The notes under the pieces are model-generated. The model was not told the origin of the DNA. It saw nothing but the letters and a program-made list of their open reading frames with translations, and ran no database searches. 64,000 nucleotides of DNA from positions 11,904,001 to 11,968,000 of the forward strand of contig CDPCPM010000063.1 in NCBI GenBank assembly GCA_976551045.1, in the 5' to 3' direction. Each line of letters starts with the position of its first letter. Position 1 is the first letter of the stretch. The position numbers and the translations under genes are program-made. This document shows positions 56,250-64,000 of this stretch, in pieces. This DNA is from Glaucostegus cemiculus. Taxonomy: Eukaryota.

Positions 56250-57140
56250 ACTGGAGACACAAGAGACTGCAGATGCTAAAATCTGGAGCAACGAACAATC
56301 TGCCGGAGGAACTCGGCAGGTCAAGCAGCATCTGTGGGGCGAAGGAATTGTCGATGTTTCAGGTCAAAGCCCTGCATTAGGATTGAGAGTGGGGAGGGGG
56401 AGTGATGAGACAGGAGCCTGAGGTGATTGGTGGACTGAGGAGGGGTGCAGGATGACAGGCTGATTGGGCCAGGAAGGGAGGGGGGAGGGGTGGAGTTTGG
56501 GAGACAGAGGCAGGTGGATGATAGATGAAGGCAGACAAAAAAGAAAAGGAGGCAGATGGGTCTAGGGAGGAGGGGAGGGTGAAGGTGGAGATGGCTAAGA
56601 GGATGATAAGCGGGATCACAAAGGCCGCCAGTGCTGGAATCTGACAGGTAACCATCATGGGAGAAGTGAATAGCAGATGGAACCAGGACCAGATGAGGGA
56701 TAGGGTGCAAGGGAGGCTGGGGAGTAAAATGTGTGCGTAGTAGGTGGATAGAACCAGGAGGGGGACAAAAATGGATGATAAGGGAATGGAGTGGGTATGG
56801 GAAAGAGGTAAAAGCAGAATGGGAGGACGAAGAGAATTGAAAGGAGAGAGGGTGGTGGTGTGGGTTGGGAAAGACACACCAGAGGTGAGGGTTATCTGAA
56901 ATTAGAGAATTCAATGTTCATCCCATTGGAATGTGGACTACCCAGCGGAATGTGAGGTATTGTTCCTTTAGTTTGCAATGGGCCTCACTTTGGCAGTTAA
57001 GAAGGACAGGTCAGTGTGGCAACGGGAAGGGGAATTGAAATGGTGTGCAACTGGGAGCTTGGGATGGCCATTGTGGACAGAGCACCAGTGTTCTGCAGAT
57101 TGGTCGCCTAGTCTGCACTTGGTCTCTCCAATGTAGAGGA
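56250..57140 (-). mobile_element. Penelope-like retroelement 3' part (GIY-YIG endonuclease remnant and pseudo-LTR)
   Basis: - strand reads LYIGETKCRLGDQSAEHWCSV...LPVAHHFNSPS, later 'GMNIEFSNFR*'; pyrimidine-rich UTR; end 'cagatgctgcttgacctgccgagttcctccggcag'. Confidence 0.85.
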
Positions 57141-58750
57141 AATTTCAATCTGACTGGTAATTCCCATGCAGGATTTGCAGGCTGTTGCACAGATGGTTTA
57201 GGTGGAGCTTTATGGGGTTGGGGGATGAGTGGGTTGATGGAATTATTGTACATTCTTTCCACTGTTTGCTCTTGAGCCTCCATATTTTCCCACTGTGGAG
57301 ACTCAAAGCTCTCAAAGTTATCTGAAATGCCAGAGATTCCTGCCAGGTATCTGTTATTTTCAATAGCAGTTACTTCAACAAATATGCAGCTAATTAGTTT
57401 GGTGTGACCTCCCATTGTAAAATGTCAGGATCAGCAGGACTGGTCTTCATGCTGGGTCCATTGACTGATAAGATGCAGCTCGTATACTTGAAGTTAGGAT
57501 CTGAACTAATTCAAAGAATGTTTTGCTTTAGGTTATCTTGTTTAATGATGTTATTCTGAAAAATATTGAAACCAGGCCAGAGTTATTTCTTCTCTTGTAC
57601 CCTCTCTTGCCTTGCAGCCAGAAATTAGTTAAGGCAAATTTGGTGAAAACTTCACTAACTAATTGTTTTCAAAATGCTTCAGGTCACAGAGAATGTGCTT
57701 TAGGTAACATAAGTTGAAACAACAATCAAAGAAGGTGAATGATTATCATGGAATCTCTCTTTAAGGTAACTTCATAGGAAATAGTTTTGGTCATTTGTGT
57801 ATTATTCATGCCAATATTCATTAAAAAACAGAATCTCCTTTCTTAGACTATATTTCCCTCAACTTGCACTCATGTTGTTATGTTTATTTTTGTTTATTTT
57901 GACATGTAAGTTATGTAAAATTTATATCAATTAAAGTGTATGTTAATTTATGTTTGTCATGTTTAAGGTACTGTGCTGCTGCTGCAAAAAGCAAATTTAT
58001 TTATGCCCATGACAGTAAATCTGAACTTGGTCTTGAGGTCAGTGTCATCTCACTGCACTGACAACAGTGTACAACTGCTGGAGAAACTTGTCAACAACCA
58101 GGGATCAACCAGGGAAAAGCAGGGAGGTTTGTAACAAGGAGGGTTGTGGAGAATGGCTGGTCTGGTCTCAGTGGCTGAAGGTAACATTAGAACTGATGTC
58201 ATCTCTGTATTCCCAACAATTATATCTCAAGGTTGTTTGTCACAGTGTTGTGGGCTCCACCTACAGTAACTGTACAGCTAATGACCATTGCCCGGATTCT
58301 CATCCCCTCGGTCCTGCCTCCTATTTTAGAGTCAAGACCCAGGAATTTGGGAGCAGAAAGGTCCTGGTAGAATACTTGCAGCAATGGGAAGATACTGCCT
58401 GAATGAAAAGCAAAAAGCTGCAGATACTGGAAATCTGGTGAAGGGTGATTGACTCTGTTCCCCTCTCCATAGATGCAGACTGACCTGTTGAGTATCTCTA
58501 GTGGTTTCTCAGATACTGTGTGCAACTGTTAGCTCAACAGATTCTGCCTCCATCTCCGCTCACTTTCTCTACCCCAGACTCCTTGATACCTCTGCCTCCA
58601 ATCCTTCCTCTTCTCCCCAAATCCTTCCATTTTTCCACCTGAGATTTGTACCTTCCCTCCCCAGATCCCTTCCCCAGACCACTTTGTTGTTTTCATTTAT
58701 GTTGAAAATGAGCTGTAACTTTAGAGCTTTTTATTGCAGATTTAAGAAGG

Positions 58751-59049
58751 TAATAAGATACCTTTATCAGTCATATGTACATCAAAACACACAATGAAAT
58801 GCATCTTTCTGCATAGAATGTTCTGGGGGCAGCCCACAAGTGTTGCCAAGCTTCCAGCGCCAACATAGTATACCCACAACTTTCTAACCTGTATGTCTTT
58901 GGAATGTGGGAGGAAACTGGAGCACCTGGAGGAAAGCCATGCACACACGGAAAGAATGAACAAACTCCTTACAGACAGCAGCCATAATTGAACCCCGGTC
59001 GCGGGTGCTGTAATAGTGTTACGCTAATCACTACACTACTGTGCCTGCC
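58751..59049 (-). mobile_element. tRNA-derived V-SINE with a different, Rex-like tail
   Basis: Same head and V-domain as 28193 and 44944; tail on - strand GCATTTCATTGTGTGTTTTGATGTACATATGACTGATAAAGG. Confidence 0.85.
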
Positions 59050-59232
59050 GAATTGAGTCTAATTGACAAATTGAGTCCTGATGAAGCATCTTGACCCAAA
59101 ATGTCGACTGTTTATTTCCCTCCATAGATGCTGCCTGACTTGTTGAGTTCCTCCAGCACTTTACGGGTGTTGCTCCAGGTTCCAGCATTGGCAGAATCTC
59201 GTGTTTTAGTTTCCTTTACCTGTTGATTTGTA

Positions 59233-59246
59233 CTGCCACCTGGTGG
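59233..59246 (-). promoter_or_regulatory. CTCF core motif
   Basis: CCACCAGGTGGCAG on - strand, exact fit to CCASYAGRKGGCRS; binding untested. Confidence 0.55.
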
Positions 59247-61249
59247 CAATGATGCAATAAGCAAGTGGGAGCTGTGTGAAACTGGCTTTGAGCACATAAT
59301 GCATCTGCTGCTCAGCATTATGTTTTCTGGGCATTAGATTTTGATTTAAACCCACCAGGTTGTAAACTGGTTTGTTAATTGTCCCTACATAACTGATGTG
59401 CTCATTGTACCACTGTCATCTTAACAAGGCTAGATTACGCCTCATGAAAAGTGCTTGGTGGTTGTATTACTAAAATGTAAAGGTGAGATTCTATGAAGCA
59501 ATTTAAAACTTGACATGGAGATTACAGCCTTGCGATGCTGTCCAATGTTAAAGGTGTTATATAAATGAAGGTGGTTGCTATAAACAGCAGACAGCTAAAG
59601 TGATGTTGAATTAAGCAGGTTGCTGGGATCTGCAATTATTTTCTCTCAGATAATCTTTTCTGTAAACGCTGTAATAAAAGTGGTGATCCTGAGGGTGGAG
59701 GCAGTAATGTTACAGTGTTCCCTGCTGAATGACCACATGTTTACTTCCATAGGATCTGCTCCACAGATCTGAGTGGCTGCCTAGTTCTGGCTTATGCCAT
59801 ACGTCAGCGCTGTCTCTCTGTATTTCTTACAACAATTATATTAGGGGAGATCAGGGGTAAACTGTGGGGAACTAGCTGGCTGTCACTCCACTCTGGATGA
59901 AAATCATGTATCACGACAACTGGGAAGAGGCAGATAATCAAATGTGAAAACAAATTGACTAATTACAGTACTGTGAACCTTGGGTAAATTCTTCACAAGA
60001 ACACAAGAAAAAAGGAGCAGAACACAGCCATCGGGCCTTTCAAGCTTGCCCCACCGTTTAATGTGCTAATGGCTGATCAATACTGGCCTCAGATCTTCTT
60101 CTGTGCCAATTCCAAACAGGAAAAGTCAAATGCATATTCTAAGACTAACTCTCATCCCTTGATTTCTGAATAATTATGGGAACGAGAATGTTCAGATAAG
60201 AATTTCCGTCCTATTGCTTTGCCGCAGTTTGTTGCCGACCGGTGCTGCAGAGAGAACCGTCTGCCGGCAGGTGGGGCGCTTTAGCCAGGCACAGGCAGTG
60301 TGATGGCCCCGGTGGACTCCCGCGTACAGGATGCACCAGATGTGGGTAGCTTTCTGCTTAACGCTTAGAAGCAGCCACCCCCAGCCCGCCTCTCCCCAAC
60401 TCCCTACCACCACACACACATTGATGCATGTAGTTATGCAGTGGCTGATATTTCTTGCAGTAATGATCAACTTCCATACAGAAACACACGGCAGAGCTGA
60501 GTCAATAAGGTGGGATGGGGTTTTCACTTTAAATAAATTGCGTCTTCTTTCTTTGAAGCAGGCTCCTCGGTGAAGTGGTTGCCACGAGTTTTGCATTTGT
60601 TTCTGCAATTTCTGAATGGGTCTCAACGTTTCCCATCATCGCTACTGTATTCCCATGCAGTCAATAGCCGTTGCATGCCTTAAGCCAAGAGAAAGTCCTG
60701 ATTAGGAGCGACAAGGTGTCCCCACTGCATGGCAGCCGGGAACCTATGGTTTGATGTGACGGCACTCTCCCACCGACAGCGTGAAGCTGAGCAGAGTGGG
60801 TCGTTCCTGAAGTCGCCTTTCCTGTTGAGGACACGAAGGTTGCACTTAATGTAGACCTTCCACACCCCTTTCAGCTTTGCCTCCAATGAAGTGCTTTAGA
60901 AATGTTGTCACCACGTAAAGTTGGAACTTTTGAGTCTTGCTCCAAAGGGATCTTGAATAGAACTCGCAGGAATGTCGACTTTCCAGAGTGGAAAACCTCT
61001 GGACGTTAAACCTTCCTCCAGTGGCCCATGGATCAGCATTTGAAGTCCAGCCTTAAATTAATCCATCCAGTGAACGGGGTCATCTTGGGGTCAGGCATCC
61101 TCGCTGCAATGCGCTAGATTTTAAATTCGATGAAGCGTAAAATCAGCCACCGGCTCCCTGTTAGCGCTAAGTCTAAAATTGGATGTGTGGTGTCTGATAG
61201 GAGCCATCCACATTGTTGAAGTTCTGCAGCTGACAAGGGGCGATGAATG

Positions 61250-61600
61250 CAGAAAGAAACATTTGCATTTCTGTAGCACCTTCCATGAACTCGGGAGCAC
61301 CCTCCCCCCCAAAATAAAATCTTTTACAGCCAATGAAATACTTATGAAGTGCAGTCACTATTACTTGTGTACAGCAAGCTCCCACAATAGCTCTGCCAGA
61401 GTGGTCAGTGATGGTGATTGAAGAATAAACATTAGCCAGAATAAATTCCTTTCATTTCAAAGTGGTGCCTTGGTATCTTTAATATCCACCAGGGAGGGCA
61501 GATGACTCTTGGTTTAAAAGAGAAAAGGGTTCAAGGCAAAGCATGTAACTGGGTGTGCTGCACCTCTGGCAGTGCAGCACCCCCTCAGTACTGCACAGTA
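61250..61600 (-). mobile_element. Deu-domain SINE remnant
   Basis: Reverse of the 25770 element: 'ttacagccaatgaaatactt', 'cagcaagctcccaca', 'gcagtgcagcacccc..cagtactgcac'. Confidence 0.6.
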
Positions 61601-61809
61601 GTCCAGCCCATTTGATAGGTCTCAGCCATCTCAAGGAATGATGTTGCTAGCAACTCTCGGTTTCTCTTCATTTCTCCCATATCATTAAGACAATGGATCA
61701 ACTGAAGAAGAAAGCTGATTAGCTCCTGCAAGAGACCTCAGCCTACATTGCACCTTGCTTTATTTCGCATGTCATTGCATCATGTTGGTTTTAGGTCAGC
61801 GAACATTCT

Positions 61810-62810
61810 GAATGCCACAAATATTCAGCACAGTGGCACTGCTGGTTGACCTCCAACAACTACAACCATCATCTTTTGTGGGAGTATGACTGTTGAAATG
61901 TTTTCTCCTTGATGCCCATTAACTTCAGTTTTACCAGGGCTCATTGATGCCACACTTGGTCAGATGCTGGTGTGACATCACCTCTGATACCCAGCTCTTT
62001 GGGCCCAGACAAGATCTGGAGCTGAGTCATCCTGATGAAACCCAAACTGGACCTTGGAGAACATGTTGTTGGTGAGTATCTGCCATGTGATAGCACTATC
62101 AACAATACCCTCTAGCACATCTTCTGATGATTGAGAGTAGTCTGGCAGTAATTAACCAGATTGGCTTTGTCCTGCTTTTTGTGAGCAGTACATTTCTGGG
62201 TAACTTTCCACATTGTGCATGTATTATAATTGTACTGGAATAACTTGGATGACAACACGGCTAGTTCTGGAAGACAGGCCTTTGCTACTACAAATGTTGC
62301 CTGATGCCCTATCCTGAGCTGTGTACAGTACGCGCATCCATTTCTTGTATCACGTGTAGTGAATCAAATTAGGTGAAGACTTGGTGAGGATCTGAGGAAG
62401 AAGCTGAGATGGATTGCTAGGGTTGGAGCTGTAGGATTTATTCCCAGTGATAATAAAAGAACAGTGATGTATTCCCAGGTCAAGATAACAAGTTACTTGA
62501 AGGAAAACCTTCAAGTGGTGGCTTTACAGTGACTGTGTCCTTAGTGGTAGAGGTTGTAGGTTTGATGGTGTGGCCAGAATACATCAGGCATATCGTGCAG
62601 TTAGTAGATGGTACACACTGTGCGCTAATGGTGCAGGCAATGAATGTTTAAGATGGTGAATGGTGTGCCATTCAGGTGGACTGCTTTGCCCTGAGTGCTG
62701 CTGAGTTTCTTGAGAGTTGTTGGAGCTGCACTAATCCAAGGAAACAAGAGTGTACCATCACACTCCTGACTCATGCCTTGTAGCTGGAGGAAAGGCTTTA
62801 CGGAGTCTCA
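61810..62810 (-). mobile_element. Old LINE fragments (RT region then 3' region)
   Basis: - strand remnants KKQDKANLVNYC..LLSIIR, QFGFHQ, FDQVWHQ-ALVKL. Confidence 0.65.
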
Positions 62811-64000
62811 GGCATTTTCACCAAGTGATTCACTGCGGTAGCGCCCATGGTGGGATAAATTGTGCACTTTGGTGCCTGAATTGATATTTTCCATGTATTG
62901 CTTCCTCATACTATCATTCATTAGGAACAACAGTCACCCAAAGCCAAACTTGTAGTCATTACCTTATAAAGGGAATTATCTGTGATAAATATTAACTTAA
63001 AGTCTCTGTGTTTATGCCTTGGGTCAGAAAAGATAGGGAAACATCTCTGTGATACAAGCCAGCTACATAACAGTTCTCCCTCATCTAATGATATGCTAAA
63101 TCCTGTAAAAATTGATGCATTCTTCCATGTTACAGAATAAGAGCTGTTCTGCTAGATTCTGCCATTTGTCGCAGAACTAGGCCAGGCTTCATTTCACTCT
63201 GCAGAAAGTATCTGCATGATGAGCCAAACCAATTCATGCATGAGAGGTGGCCTGGAAATTCAATCACTTGGCAGAAGTTTTTTATGCGTTGTGCTGTTGA
63301 ATGGAGGTGCAAACTCTGCCCTTAAGCAGAATCAACACAACCAAGTATGTGTAGCACAGAATGGTAAACTGGTTCATGGATTTCTCTGTGTGCTGTGCCT
63401 AAGCAATGGGGACCGGGGATCTTACAACTGTAACATCAAGTGACACACAATGCAAATTTGTTACTGCTGAGGCATGAGACTGCAGGTCCAAGACTGGGAA
63501 GCAGTGATGGCTTCTAGCGTTTTAACAGTAGGAAGATGTCCAACGTCTGCATTATGTCAATGGTCACACCTTCCCTATGCCATTATTGGGAAATCCGGAG
63601 GAAAACAAAATGAGGGGAAGCTACAGTCTTATGTAGCGACCAGGAGAGTTACTACTGAGGGCTCCCACATGCACATCTTGAATCTTTAGTCTGAGAGCAC
63701 GTCAGGCAAATGGCACACTCTCCAGGCAGCCAAACTATCCCCTCCCCCAACATATCCATCCTAAACAAGTTCACCCAACAGATCTTCTCATGCATGCAAT
63801 ATTTTTTCCTTGAGGCATGTGGAGTAATTCAAGATTAACACTGGACACACTGGTCGTGTTCTAATAGAACAGTAGAACAGGCTTGAAAACCTGAAAAGGT
63901 CTATTCACTTTCCCATCATCCTGCAAAGGGAAACACATCTGTTGTCAGGGAGACTTAGTTGGGATGGACAATGATCTCCCATGGCTTGCAATTTACGGTG

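Noticed and set aside
56321-56914. 197-aa and 166-aa Pro/Ser/Leu-rich minus-strand ORFs
   Set aside because: Low-complexity pyrimidine-rich UTR of the Penelope-like element
60192-60626. 144-aa minus-strand ORF
   Set aside because: Non-ATG start, no recognisable domain, expected by chance in GC-richer DNA

Overview
Eukaryotic, AT-rich vertebrate genomic DNA. The repeat content (V-SINEs, CR1, Rex1/Babar-like, Penelope-like and Deu-type SINE remnants) points to a cartilaginous fish, possibly a ray or sawfish; this is inference only. Most of the window is the 3' part of the E3 ubiquitin ligase gene UBR5 (EDD/hyd) on the + strand. I traced 36 phase-consistent coding exons from 7298 to the TAG at 51407 (5288 nt, about 1760 codons), covering the UBR-box zinc finger, the MLLE/PABC domain and the HECT domain, followed by a 3' UTR. 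One intron is GC-AG and one acceptor is a NAGNAG. The first intron in view holds a full-length but decayed Ty3/Gypsy element of the CsRn1 type (206-4357), with two LTRs, a CTAC target-site duplication, a tRNA-Trp PBS, a CHCC Gag knuckle, and a GGGAAAC slippery site followed by a predicted pseudoknot. Downstream of UBR5 are a Penelope-like GIY-YIG remnant, a palindromic CTCF motif and a CpG-enriched patch that may be the next gene's promoter. I see no solid evidence for a wholly new biological system; the best leads are the frameshift signal, an unexplained intronic hairpin, Penelope-derived fold-back elements with decayed hammerhead cores, and SINE tail swapping. Most short ORFs in the supplied track are exon read-throughs or noise. 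Repeat boundaries are approximate and family names come from motif recognition, not a database search.
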